A DNA stretch of 56,159 nt, the filler included, from Perkinsus olseni (taxonomy: Eukaryota), in the NCBI GenBank assembly GCA_013115125.1. It is 3 parts of 3 records of this genome, joined end to end, with 100 filler letters (N's around TTAATTAATTAA, not from the genome) between each part and the next. Parts side by side here need not be neighbours in the genome. Positions count along the whole stretch, not along the records: positions 18,866 to 37,602 come from JABANN010000611.1; 2 more parts are not named here. One strand, given 5' to 3'. Each line of letters starts with the position of its first letter. The stretch's first letter is position 1. Position numbers and translations under genes: made by a program. Below, one piece after another: positions 22,455 to 32,609 of the stretch. A model generated the notes under the pieces. The model saw only the letters and a list, made by a program, of their open reading frames with translations. It searched no databases and had not been told where the DNA came from.

Positions 22455-25258
22455 TCAGAACTTCATCTCGGTAGAGCTTAGTCGCACCGAATCACCGGGC
22501 TCGTTGGAGCCTCCATTTGTTGTAGCAAAGAGATATCCGCCGCATTCGCCAACTCGGCCACGAACGTTAGTTGTTTGAGGTCCTTGAGGTGGAAGTGCGG
22601 AGGCTCTTCTAAGTTCACTTTGTCGCGTTTTGCCCAGTGCCGCGGACAAACAAACAAATTCCTGCTTTTTGGAATCGCCGAATGCCCGCGTCCTATCAAG
22701 TAAAGGTGGGCCATACGAGGGCCACGGAAGTGATTTGTATAGCTCTTCCACTTATTCCCAGAATTGCACAGGACCGAACGGAGCCTGCAAATCGTTCCAC
22801 CACCCTCAGGAGAGGGGCGATTCCGCAAGTCCTAGCTTTGGCACTACTCCTACAGGCAAGTCGTATAGGGCGAAGAAGTTGCAGGGAGAGTGCTCTAGAG
22901 AGGTCAATGACCTCAGGTCATGTGCGGCAGAAACAATGGGGCATTCCTCCAACTACTCTTCGAATCGAAGACTTCGATCGTGCACGATCTGTGCTCTCCT
23001 CCTCGCTGCTCGTTTCTTGGCGCCTCCGTCTGTACTCGACTCGACTAACTCGAGGCTTGGACCGCCGTCACGGCGGCGCCGTACCTCATGCTACGGGTCT
23101 CTGTGACTCGCCAGATCCCACCGTTCCCAGTGTTGTGCCAACACTCTCTGCACGTTGTGGGAACTTCCTTGGCGCCGTGTTATAGTCTGTTCTCCTGCAA
23201 CTTCCCAGCTGACCACCACCTGTAGCGACATGCCCGCCGGTTCTGCGCCTCAGGGGTGCACAAGCCTCCCACAGGCTGTGGGAGTCTTTCACACCTGGCA
23301 GACTACGCGGTTCACATCCGCCATAGCAGCGGTTGACGTCGGCCGCCGCCTCCCTCTTCGCCCCGACGTTCCCGGCGGACGCTTCCCGCCTTCCGGACTT
23401 GCGGTTCCCGGGCTTCCTCGCTTAGCCTTGAGCGCCTTATCGGCTGCTCGGTTTCCCGGCGGGGGATCCCGACAAGCCGTGGTTCTCCTTCCCTGATTAC
23501 TCCACTACTACACGTCTGCTTCGGCCTAGTTGCTCCCTGAGGACAGTTCCCTCTTAGAGGGACTACTCCTTCTCGGGCCCCCCCAGGCTCGGGGGTTCGT
23601 AGTACCACCTTAGTAGACGCCTCTACGCCTTTCGTGGCACATCATTCCTCTCTTGCGGTCTTGAGTATCCCTTCGAGGGGGCTTCGGCCGCTTTAGCTCC
23701 GCTTGTTACTCTAGTCACGTACACCTTCGAGCGGCTTTGCCGCTATCTTGTGCCAAGCTTCTTGTTCCCGTCCCCTCCCAGTGGGCTATTGGGTGGCACC
23801 CTCTATCCGCTTCGTGTCTACTAGCTGGCCTGCTCCTCGGCTCCCCTTCGCCGTTACTGCTTCTGCGTCGCGATGAGTCTGCTTCCTTACCCTGCGGGGA
23901 TCAGTACCTACCATCGTCCAGCTCGTACGCCATAATCTGGCTCTCTGTCTTGCATTTCTTCTGCTCTGGGACCGCCCAAGTGGTCACGTCACGGGCCTCA
24001 CGTGGATCTGAGGTTCTCGAGGACGTGCCCCTAGAGGTCTCGAGGCTCCTTGTGTCTTGCTCCTGTGACAGGCCGCCTCGCTCTCGTCGCGTACTCTTAC
24101 TTCGGGCGGCCCGCCCGATCGAATCCTGGGTGGACCCGGGATCCACACTAGGACATCTCCGAATTCACGGTTCCGCGTCGCGTCACGACGACCCGTGCAC
24201 TGTACACTCCCCGCGCCTGGCAAGCATAACCCTAGTAGGGTTACCCTACCCTTCTGCCGCACCGGCTGCACCAGCACATATCCGGCACTGAGTCCACGCT
24301 GTGCCTACCCCAGAGTTGGTACCTGTGTGTTCCGCAGTGTGGACAGCGCAGGTTTCCGCTTCGAGTATGGCTGTTCGCTCGCTTCGAGTACCTGCGGCAG
24401 TCCCTGCACACCGCGTCGGTCCTTTCCGCTCTACCCCAGTCCGTTGCCCGGCAGTGGTTCGGATCGCCTGACGCAATTGGCCCGGCCATGTTGGCCCCAC
24501 TGCACCTTGCACGGGTCAGGGCTCTCAGATTCGGGATGACTCACTGCTCTGCACCATGGCACCTGGGTGGACGGCCTTCATCCTGTGCATGATGGCGTCC
24601 TGCTCAATGGAAGCTTCCACTGATAGTGTCCTGCTCTTGCAGACTAGCGGAACGGATTACTCATTCGCTCTCAGCCTCCGAGCCAGAGGTATCCTCCCGC
24701 TGGGTTCCCGCCCGCCCGCGAGTCGAGAAGGCGGTCGCGGAGGTGAACTCCTCGAGTAACTCCAGGCTCCGCTGACCTGTTCAGCCACCGCGGCTACTCT
24801 ATCGTTTGTAGCGCCTGCGCGGACTCATTCTCTACTTTCGTGACGCTAGTTGCGTCATGAGCTTCGGTGTCGTTCTCGCCAGTGGCGGCTCGCCACCATT
24901 TGTGTGTCAACTTTATACGCGTGATTTGTGACAACTACTTTGTCTCATACCCAAGGCTCTGGTCCACAGCTGTGGAGCTTGCTTGCGTGCGTCGCTTCCC
25001 CGACGTGGGATGGTCTCGCCCCTCTGTCTGTGGAGCTTGCTTGCTTGCGTCGCTTCCCACCGTCTGGTTCGCGAGCTAGCGAGATCGTAGACGGAGTTTT
25101 ATGTTATTAAGCTATTGTGGTGCATATTTTAGCATCAGATCAGTATCTCTTCCTATATCCCTGTTACCGGCTCTGCTATCGCCTGCAGAGCCATCGAAGA
25201 GAGAACGGAATGCACCAAAAACACTCCGAAACACTCCCAGCGTCGTTACAACTCAAGC
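22455..25258 (-). mobile_element. Heavily decayed retroelement-like sequence that hosts the LTR insertion; probably continues at 31371 to about 31650
   Basis: Protein-like minus-strand frames are broken by many stops. They include Cys clusters (CRDC, CPHC, CSRC) and a weak RT N-terminal-like segment (AIPKSR...VNLEEPP...KDL). A 31-bp direct repeat lies at 24970 and 25028. Confidence 0.4.
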
Positions 25259-25262
25259 GTAC

Positions 25263-25456
25263 TGTGGTTGATTCCGAGCCCCTTCAACTGACTCCTCATC
25301 ATCGGGATACAACGCAACTGGCATAAGTGTGCAAAGAACGGATAAGGAAAGTAACAACAATAACAACTACAAGGTCCGGGAAGACCTAGCCTAGGCTAGG
25401 CTAGGTTCGGGGACAGGCGTCACAAAAACACAAGGGTTTGCGTGCTGACAGTGACA
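25263..25456 (-). repeat. 3' LTR
   Basis: Direct repeat of 31173-31366, with TG..CA ends. Preceded on the minus strand by a G-run PPT (plus strand cgcccccccagc from 25457). Confidence 0.96.
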
Positions 25457-25510
25457 CGCCCCCCCAGCAAACCCTGCTTGTAGAGCGGAAGGTCGTTAGC
25501 ACAGCCAAAC

Positions 25511-28500
25511 CTACAGATCAATACCATAATCAGAGAACCACGCCTTAACCGAACGGGGGATTCGCCAGCCTCCGCGGGTTGGCAGGAAACCACGCCCGCC
25601 CAGAATGTCCTCAGAAGAAACCACCGCCTGAGTCCGCTTTCGATCCCTCGTTGGCGGCAACTTGAAAGAACCATCTGCTTGACGATCTAGTCCTTGGACC
25701 AAGAACTTGTCATTATCGTCCATCTTCCGCATAAACTTAGCAACATAGACCTTCGTAGTGAGCTCGTCACCTTCTATTGCAGCCTCCACTCGGTACAGCA
25801 ACCAGTGCTTATTCTTTTGCAACTCATCAAGTTCGACGCCGTCCGGTAACTTCCCCTTGACAGAGAAGGAGAGTCGGTCTTGAGTTGGTTTGATTGCAAA
25901 ATCATAGGTTTCTCGCTCGGCCACATCGTGATAGGGAAGTAGCTGGCTCACAGACACTGGGTCCGAACGGTCAACCAAATGGTACAGAAAGGAGTTCGAC
26001 GGGTCCCGCCGGGCGACCGTAAAAGGGCCCGAGATCTCCCTCTTGCCATTAACAAGTCGGCTCAATTTGACCAAGTCCCCAGGCTCGAAACTGAAGCGCG
26101 GGGACGTGGAAGCAACTGACCTCAATTCGGCATTGAAGGCTTCCTCTGAGCGACGGAGAGCGAAAGCTGAATAAGCCTCGCTGACGTAGTCGTGAAGCCC
26201 CGCCGCGATGGACAGGGTGGAGCTCCCGCCATCATTCTCAGTAATGGGCAGATCTAAGGGGCATGCCAGGCCAAGGGCCAGCTCGTTTGGCGTGCAGGCG
26301 GCATTACCGGATATCAAGGCGTTATTATGTACAGTGACGGCAACTTGGGCGGCAGCCCATAGGGGAAGTCTGTGGGACAGACGGCAGATCTTTTTAATTT
26401 CGCCGATGGTCCGCTCAACAAGGCCTTGGCATTCCGGCCGCCTAGCTATCCCAAGTTGGAGAGCTATTCCCCACGAGCGTAGGAACTGATCGAATTCGGG
26501 AGATGTGTGGCTCGCGGCCCGATCACATTGGATCATCCGTGGGGGGCCATACGTCCCGATCCAGTCCAGAACGCCGCTTACCGCGTCCTGTACAGAAGTG
26601 GACTTCGTAGGGACAATGCGCAGGACATGAGTACCCTCATCTATCAGCACACAGTAGTACTCGTTCGAGAGTAAGGAAGAACCTGGCGACTCAGAGCCGC
26701 GGAGTTTCATGAAATCCAGCTGAACGTACTCGAACCTGCCCCTCCAGCGGCGACGGACTAGTGGTTGAGTGTTCTGAAGATCATAGTGACGATCCATTTG
26801 ACATGTCTTACAGCCCTTAATGAATCGAGTGATATCCGCCACAATCGTAGGCCACCAGAACGCCGCCCCCTCTGTTGGGTGACGGAGGGCATGCAGAGCT
26901 TTCGCAACGCCTTGGTGAATTCCACGGAAGGGATGGTCGTGGGATTGATAAATCGCCCACAGGCGACTCCGGCGATCAGGCAGGAAAATTCGCCAGCGGG
27001 GATTTTTTTCAAGAGGGTCAGATATGAAAAGTAGGCCGACGTCGTCCTCCCAGCGGAAATACGGTCCATGGGCCGAACCTTTCACGAGGTTGTCCGCGCG
27101 CAGGGACGAATTGACAGAACGCGCGGCTGGTGAGGCCCCAAGGCTAGACAGTATTTCGCTGACGGGGACTCCACCGATATCGACATCAGCGAGTTGTCGA
27201 GGATCCTGTAGTACTTCCTTTACGTGGAGTAAAACATCATCCTCAGTCATATCGGCTACGCCTCGTAGGGTGTCAGATACAGAAGGACTCTGTGACGGAT
27301 CAGAGGTGTCACCCAAGGGGTCAGGCTCAGTGGTCAGGAGGGATATACCAGAGTGTAGAGATTGGGGCGAGGCACAGATATCAATGGGCTCGAGGTCCGC
27401 AAATTTGTGCGAGGATCCCCTATCAAAGACAGTAGCGCATTCATCAGCAGCACTAACTACTAAGAATGTGAGGGGGGAGTCAATAAGGTTCTGGGTATTC
27501 GACTCCGCCGGAGGGAGATTGTAAGGTCCGTCCTGGGAGACAGAATTCCCGAGCGGTGGCAGGTCAAGCTCCAAGGCTGGGTGGCGCGATAAGTAGTCCG
27601 CCAAATAATTATGCAAACCAGATATGTGGTACAAATCAATCGGTAATCGGTAGTCTCGAGAGATCTGTTCCCGTAAGTCATTGAGCGACCGGCTCAGCCT
27701 CTCGAGCGCAGTACGGTCGTAGCTGCGCGAGGGTTTACTAGTTTCAAGGGCCCATGATAGGGCAGAAATATTATCACAGAAAACCGCCGTGTCGAAGCGG
27801 TCGCGGGGGTCCAGGAAACGCCCTAACCAGTCGTAGACACATTGCAGGCAGCGGCTCAGAGTGTGCGCCTCTTTACGATTGATGTGCCACTTGGACGACG
27901 CATTTGAGTCGCTCCACTCGCCAGCATGGGCTTCCAAAAGGTGGAAGGCGGGATTGGAGGCAGAGAGGTCCGGGGCGCTACCTTTCGGGATAGCTGAGCC
28001 CGTGTACACAAGAAAGGCCCAGCCAGATTCGCTCGCATCACAGAAACCGAGGATGTAGCGATGGTGGGTTGGAACTGACGAATGTCGGCAATTGCCGAAG
28101 TCGTCTGATTGGCCCGCGGCTATCAATTTGTTGAGGTTCTCACGGCAGGAGTCAGAGATTGCCCACTGGGAGTCCCACCCTTTACGGGTGTTGCCGTAAG
28201 GGCTGCGTCCACCCCAGCGACGTAGTTTGTCGGCTACGTATCGGGTGATTGGATGGAGACGAACCCCATCGTACAGCGCTCCCGCAATTTGGAATATTCG
28301 CCGCCGTGATACGGGGCTACTAACCGACGAGCGGTCTTCGTCGGGGGGGAGGCACTGAATGCAGAGGCCTCCGTCTTCAGATCGCGACCAGAGACAGCCC
28401 AGGTGACGCACAGCGTCGCCCGACGGTTCAACCCAATCAGTTTTTTCCCTTGGGAAGTTCGCCCCTAACAGCGGAGCTATACTGGTCATGATCGATGCCA

Positions 28501-30961
28501 TACGGTGGCACAGGTTGGGAAGGCCGCACAGAATGATATCATCGTAGTATGGTAGGATCATCAGTCCGGGGACCAGACTGACATATTCGCGAGTGCTGGT
28601 ACAGTGGACAGGGCGGCCCAGCAATCCAGTGAGACTTGCATTCAACAATTCTCTGACCTGGCCAGCTAGGCTGGCCGGTCCGTGTGTCAGGCCAAACGCC
28701 AGACGGCCGCACTCGAAAGCGCGGCCGTCTGACAGGATTAACAGTCTCGCTCCTTCTCCCAAGTGTACCTTATAAAATGCTTTCGACAAATCCAAAAAGG
28801 CAAGGGAGAAGGAGTCCTTCCAGTTGGCTCTTATGTAGGCAATGCAGTCCGTCACTCCCCATCCCTCGTACGAGGCAGGGGGCAGGAAGGTATTGCAATA
28901 GCGGCAATCAGTAACCAATCGACAACGTGTGGATTTGTGGGCCTTCTGTATTATTGGGAAGGAGACTGCAGGATGACGAAGGGGAGAAAGCGGTTCGTCA
29001 CACAATTGCGACTGTTCCCATTCTGCTTTGACTCCCCTTACTGGCACCTCTTTCCACCACCCGTTATCAATGAAGGTTTGCAGTTCGGAGCGGAACTGGG
29101 CTTGTTGCGCTTCAGTGAGCTTATTTATCAGAGGTACACTGAAGTCGACCGGCACGCTGGGTCTCTCCGGCCTCTGTGAGTTCTTGTGGCTCACAGCGGA
29201 GTCCCACCAGACCTCGTACGCCATAGTCTGGTCAGGGTGGTCAGGGTGGTCAGGTTCCTCCGAGGATCCAGGCGCACGTAGACGGCGTATTCTACCATAG
29301 TATCGATTGGCTCCTGGCAATCGCTGGGGCTTGTCCAGTCTCCCGATCAGAGCCTCTCTAGCTCCTTGGATCTGGGAGGACAGTGTCGAAAAGATGTCGC
29401 CCCGTGGGGTGGTAGTGGTCGCGAATTCCGGTAAACTTACATTTACCCCAAGCTCGCTCAGCCAGGGTCGACCAATCAACACTTGAACAGCCGGTAGATT
29501 TTCTACCACTGCAAAGGATAGGTCCGCAGAGTAACCTCCAAGGCACACTCTCAGTCTAGTGCGCGCTATGATAGCGCGCACTAGACTGAGAGTGCGCGCT
29601 ATCGCGGTGACATTCCCCTGTATGGTCCGGACTGTGTTTGTCTCACTGACCAGCTCACACTCCACTCTAGTGGTGACATCGGAATCGATCAGATTGACGG
29701 ATGACATTGTGTCAAACCCAGCAAGGGCCGCTATGTATTGTTCCGAAGATGAGTTTGTGTTTATAAGCTTCACTGGAGCTGTCAATAGGGCGCTCATACT
29801 GGAGGCACTCAAACTCATCAACGCAACACCGCGATCAGAATAGGCGGAAGCAGAAGAAACAGTAACTCCCGATGAGCCTCTCACCGGGTTTTTGCAATCC
29901 CGAACTCTGTGTCCGGATTGCCCGCAACCCAGACAGACACCAGCTTCAAACCGGCTCTTAACTACTTCTGCTGGCAAACCCAGCTTGGCGCTAGCCAGCT
30001 CCTTCTGTGGAGCTTTCGATTGCTCAAAGCGCTGTCTCTTACCATCAGTATGAGATCGATGTTCATCGGAAGAAGGAGAGGAGAGCCCTCGCTTCTTACC
30101 GGCACCATGCGTATCCTCGGCCTGGGTGAAGCCAAGGTACTCATCAACAGTGGAGCACCCAGAAGAATCAGCAAGTCTTTGTACGGCACGTGCTAGATCC
30201 TGTGTGTCCTTGATGTTGGCCGAAACGTCACTTAAGCTTCCCACAAAGCAAGCGAAAGCAGTATCCTTCTCTCGGAAACGGGGGTAGTTTTGAAGAGTGA
30301 GTTTATATAATTCGATACGGGCCTTCCAGGATATTGTAACATGCCCAGTACAGACGGTAGATAATCGTCCGTGTAAATAGCTCTCTTCCTCGATTATCTT
30401 ACCGAGCTCCATCTTCCCACCACGGGAAGGAATATTACACCAGCGACGTAGCAGGACCACGGGGTTAGAACCTTCACGTCGTGAATCGTCTTCTAGCATC
30501 AGCTTCTCGACCTTGTCAACGATCTTATCACAGCAGGAGATCCAACCAGTGTAAAGTTCTTGAATAGTTTTCAGATACTCCTCGTTGACATCGTCATTGT
30601 CGGTGGGATCTTGGACCTTCTGCCAGTTCAGTAGGGGCGAGTCGGTGTTGACCTTGTTGTGATCATCAGCACACCTTACTTCCTCTACCAGCATTTCCTT
30701 CAGTTGAGCCACTACATATCTTGGGAGAGTAGCAGCATAGAGTAGAATACATAAAGGGCTGGCAGACCCCTCAACAGCTTGGACACACATCTCAACCTTC
30801 CGCTTATACACACTCCAAGACCACGATTTCGGCTTGTCGATTCTGTCAATGTGGAAGCCCAATTCTCTGGGGGCATCAGTATGAGCTTTGATCCCCCAGG
30901 CCTTACACACCGCGAGGACGCCACTGCCCAAGGGGCGGCCCTCACAGTTCACAAAGTTCAA
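25511..30961 (-). CDS. Gag-Pol polyprotein (zinc knuckle, protease, RT, RNase H, integrase)
   Basis: CLGCGQSGHRVRDC; FDTMSSVNLI; FLDLSKAF...YYDD; FCDASE, FCDN and NYLADYLSR; HDHP..H...CKTC; QLDF, QCD and VER; GPF motif. Confidence 0.95.
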   Translation of the reverse strand: MNFVNCEGRPLGSGVLAVCKAWGIKAHTDAPRELGFHIDRIDKPKSWSWSVYKRKVEMCVQAVEGSASPLCILLYAATLPRYVVAQLKEMLVEEVRCADDHNKVNTDSPLLNWQKVQDPTDNDDVNEEYLKTIQELYTGWISCCDKIVDKVEKLMLEDDSRREGSNPVVLLRRWCNIPSRGGKMELGKIIEEESYLHGRLSTVCTGHVTISWKARIELYKLTLQNYPRFREKDTAFACFVGSLSDVSANIKDTQDLARAVQRLADSSGCSTVDEYLGFTQAEDTHGAGKKRGLSSPSSDEHRSHTDGKRQRFEQSKAPQKELASAKLGLPAEVVKSRFEAGVCLGCGQSGHRVRDCKNPVRGSSGVTVSSASAYSDRGVALMSLSASSMSALLTAPVKLINTNSSSEQYIAALAGFDTMSSVNLIDSDVTTRVECELVSETNTVRTIQGNVTAIARTLSLVRAIIARTRLRVCLGGYSADLSFAVVENLPAVQVLIGRPWLSELGVNVSLPEFATTTTPRGDIFSTLSSQIQGAREALIGRLDKPQRLPGANRYYGRIRRLRAPGSSEEPDHPDHPDQTMAYEVWWDSAVSHKNSQRPERPSVPVDFSVPLINKLTEAQQAQFRSELQTFIDNGWWKEVPVRGVKAEWEQSQLCDEPLSPLRHPAVSFPIIQKAHKSTRCRLVTDCRYCNTFLPPASYEGWGVTDCIAYIRANWKDSFSLAFLDLSKAFYKVHLGEGARLLILSDGRAFECGRLAFGLTHGPASLAGQVRELLNASLTGLLGRPVHCTSTREYVSLVPGLMILPYYDDIILCGLPNLCHRMASIMTSIAPLLGANFPREKTDWVEPSGDAVRHLGCLWSRSEDGGLCIQCLPPDEDRSSVSSPVSRRRIFQIAGALYDGVRLHPITRYVADKLRRWGGRSPYGNTRKGWDSQWAISDSCRENLNKLIAAGQSDDFGNCRHSSVPTHHRYILGFCDASESGWAFLVYTGSAIPKGSAPDLSASNPAFHLLEAHAGEWSDSNASSKWHINRKEAHTLSRCLQCVYDWLGRFLDPRDRFDTAVFCDNISALSWALETSKPSRSYDRTALERLSRSLNDLREQISRDYRLPIDLYHISGLHNYLADYLSRHPALELDLPPLGNSVSQDGPYNLPPAESNTQNLIDSPLTFLVVSAADECATVFDRGSSHKFADLEPIDICASPQSLHSGISLLTTEPDPLGDTSDPSQSPSVSDTLRGVADMTEDDVLLHVKEVLQDPRQLADVDIGGVPVSEILSSLGASPAARSVNSSLRADNLVKGSAHGPYFRWEDDVGLLFISDPLEKNPRWRIFLPDRRSRLWAIYQSHDHPFRGIHQGVAKALHALRHPTEGAAFWWPTIVADITRFIKGCKTCQMDRHYDLQNTQPLVRRRWRGRFEYVQLDFMKLRGSESPGSSLLSNEYYCVLIDEGTHVLRIVPTKSTSVQDAVSGVLDWIGTYGPPRMIQCDRAASHTSPEFDQFLRSWGIALQLGIARRPECQGLVERTIGEIKKICRLSHRLPLWAAAQVAVTVHNNALISGNAACTPNELALGLACPLDLPITENDGGSSTLSIAAGLHDYVSEAYSAFALRRSEEAFNAELRSVASTSPRFSFEPGDLVKLSRLVNGKREISGPFTVARRDPSNSFLYHLVDRSDPVSVSQLLPYHDVAERETYDFAIKPTQDRLSFSVKGKLPDGVELDELQKNKHWLLYRVEAAIEGDELTTKVYVAKFMRKMDDNDKFLVQGLDRQADGSFKLPPTRDRKRTQAVVSSEDILGGRGFLPTRGGWRIPRSVKAWFSDYGIDL

Positions 30962-31154
30962 CTAGGTCCAGCAAGGAGACTTGCTGCGACAACCCAGCAG
31001 TGTTTCAGCCAGTTGTAGACAAGACTGTTTAGGGGCATTACTCAAAGTCTCAGCCCAAGAAACAGAGTATGTCTTGCGAGCAGCTCGCTTCAGAGCGCTC
31101 TTCAACAAATCAGAAGAAAAGTTCGCAGAGATGGGAGTATCAGCATCCAGGGCT

Positions 31155-31172
31155 TTCTCGGATGATGCACCA
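31155..31172 (-). promoter_or_regulatory. Primer-binding site TGGTGCATCATCCGAGAA (resembles the complement of a tRNA-Gly 3' end)
   Basis: Starts with TGG immediately inside the 5' LTR. The plus strand reads ...ATGATGCACCA, similar to the TGCA-CCA end of eukaryotic tRNA-Gly. Confidence 0.8.
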
Positions 31173-31366
31173 TGTGGTTGATTCCGAGCCCCTTCAACTG
31201 ACTCCTCATCATCGGGATACAACGCAACTGGCATAAGTGTGCAAAGAACGGATAAGGAAAGTAACAACAATAACAACTACAAGGTCCGGGAAGACCTAGC
31301 CTAGGCTAGGCTAGGTTCGGGGACAGGCGTCACAAGAACACAAGGGTTTGCGTGCTGACAGTGACA
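31173..31366 (-). repeat. 5' LTR
   Basis: 194-bp repeat of 25263-25456, followed by the PBS on the minus strand. Confidence 0.96.
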
Positions 31367-31918
31367 GTACCCCAATATGCAACAACATGGGAACCCGCTT
31401 TCTCATACAACAAAATATCATAGCCATTCCCATTCATTGAGCTCGCATGGGCAGAACTACGAGACATCCTTAGAGACTCACTGCGTATCTTCGTCTTTCA
31501 TACCACCTTTCCTGGATTCACTTTTCTGCCCTTCCTGGCCTCCTTTGGACTTTTCCTCGAGTTTCTTAGCTCTCTTCGTCTATTTATCTTCTTCCATCCA
31601 CTCAACGAAATGTCCCTTGCTCTGCATGTGCTTTATGAGGGCAGCACGTGCTTCCGTAGGTTGAGCGAAGTGAAGCGCAGCAACCACACAAAAAGTGAGA
31701 CCGAGCCGCATCAGAGAGAGGGGAGACAGATGAGATCTTAATGGGGAACATCGAGTGGAAAAGTATTCGTCGGGCAGAATCGACGATGCTGGGCGAGCGA
31801 TGAATCAAACAACTGCCGCTCATTCCGCCCTCTCTCGCTGGGGCTGCCCTGGCTTTCAATCGAGTTTAACGACGCAGCTAATGACAGAGAACCGTGACGT
31901 GAGGCACGGACGGTGGCG

Positions 31919-31992
31919 GCTCTGGTGGCTCAATTGGATAGAGCGTTGAACTTCTAATCCAAAGGATGCGGGTTCAAGTCTCGCCCAGAGTA
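31919..31992 (+). tRNA. tRNA-Arg(TCT), possibly slightly degenerate
   Basis: GCTCTGG/CCAGAGT acceptor stem, GCTC/GAGC D stem, loop CT-TCT-AA, T loop TTCAAGT. One A.C mismatch in the anticodon stem. Confidence 0.75.
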
Positions 31993-32119
31993 TATGCATT
32001 AGTGGTGCTAGCTTAACACATCAGATCGGAACTGTCTGTTCCTAGGACGGCCCTTCCTGACTCTAGGCTATCGTTGTCATCTCACAATAGACTAGAGTCT
32101 TTGACGCGATAGCCACGCC

Positions 32120-32191
32120 TAATCCCGGCGGGACCTAGACCCGCAACCTTCGGCTCCGGAAATCGACGCACTTCCATTGCGGTACAAGGTC
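32120..32191 (-). pseudogene. tRNA-Arg(CCG) pseudogene
   Basis: Minus strand GACCTTG..CCGCAATGGAAGTGC..TT-CCG-GA..AGGTTGCGGG-TCTAGGT-CCCGC. The T loop is degenerate. Confidence 0.6.
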
Positions 32192-32296
32192 GACTAGTAG
32201 ATGAAGGTATATGCAATCGGCAAAAGCCCGCTATATGTCCGCTATCATCAAGGAGCGCTCAGTACCAGCCAACAATGCAGCTCGCCCACGTTTTCG

Positions 32297-32370
32297 GCTA
32301 TGGTGGCTCAGTCCGATAGAGCCTTGGACTTCTAGTCCGATAGTTGAGAGTCCAAGGTTCCTTCAGAGGA
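32297..32370 (+). pseudogene. tRNA-Arg(TCT) pseudogene
   Basis: The 5' half GCTATGGTGGCTCAG..GATAGAGC.TTGGACTTCTAGTCC is homologous to 31919-31992. The T arm is decayed. Confidence 0.6.
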
Positions 32371-32609
32371 CGTTGCCAGCAACAGAAACCGCGGTCACAC
32401 GGCGTTACACATCGTCAGCCTGCTACACACGGATTCTCCTACAGTGACTCAAATTCTTCAATAAATCCGCCACACTTCGAGTCGATCGCACGCCCAAGCC
32501 CCTAACTTATCTTATTCCTGCTATTGACAAACTGGAGCTCTACAAAAAACTACTCGCTCGGAGCTTCATCACATCTTTTCACAACAACACAAGCGAACAC
32601 CCAACGGTG

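Larger units (their letters stand above)
25263..31366 (-). mobile_element. Full-length LTR retrotransposon with Ty3/gypsy-type domain order
   Basis: TG...CA LTRs at 25263-25456 and 31173-31366 (194 bp, 1 mismatch). GTAC target-site duplication at 25259-25262 and 31367-31370. PBS and G-rich PPT next to the LTRs. Confidence 0.96.

Noticed and set aside
26208-30196. Multiple plus-strand ORFs within the retrotransposon
   Set aside because: Antisense shadows of the long pol frame, with no independent motifs.
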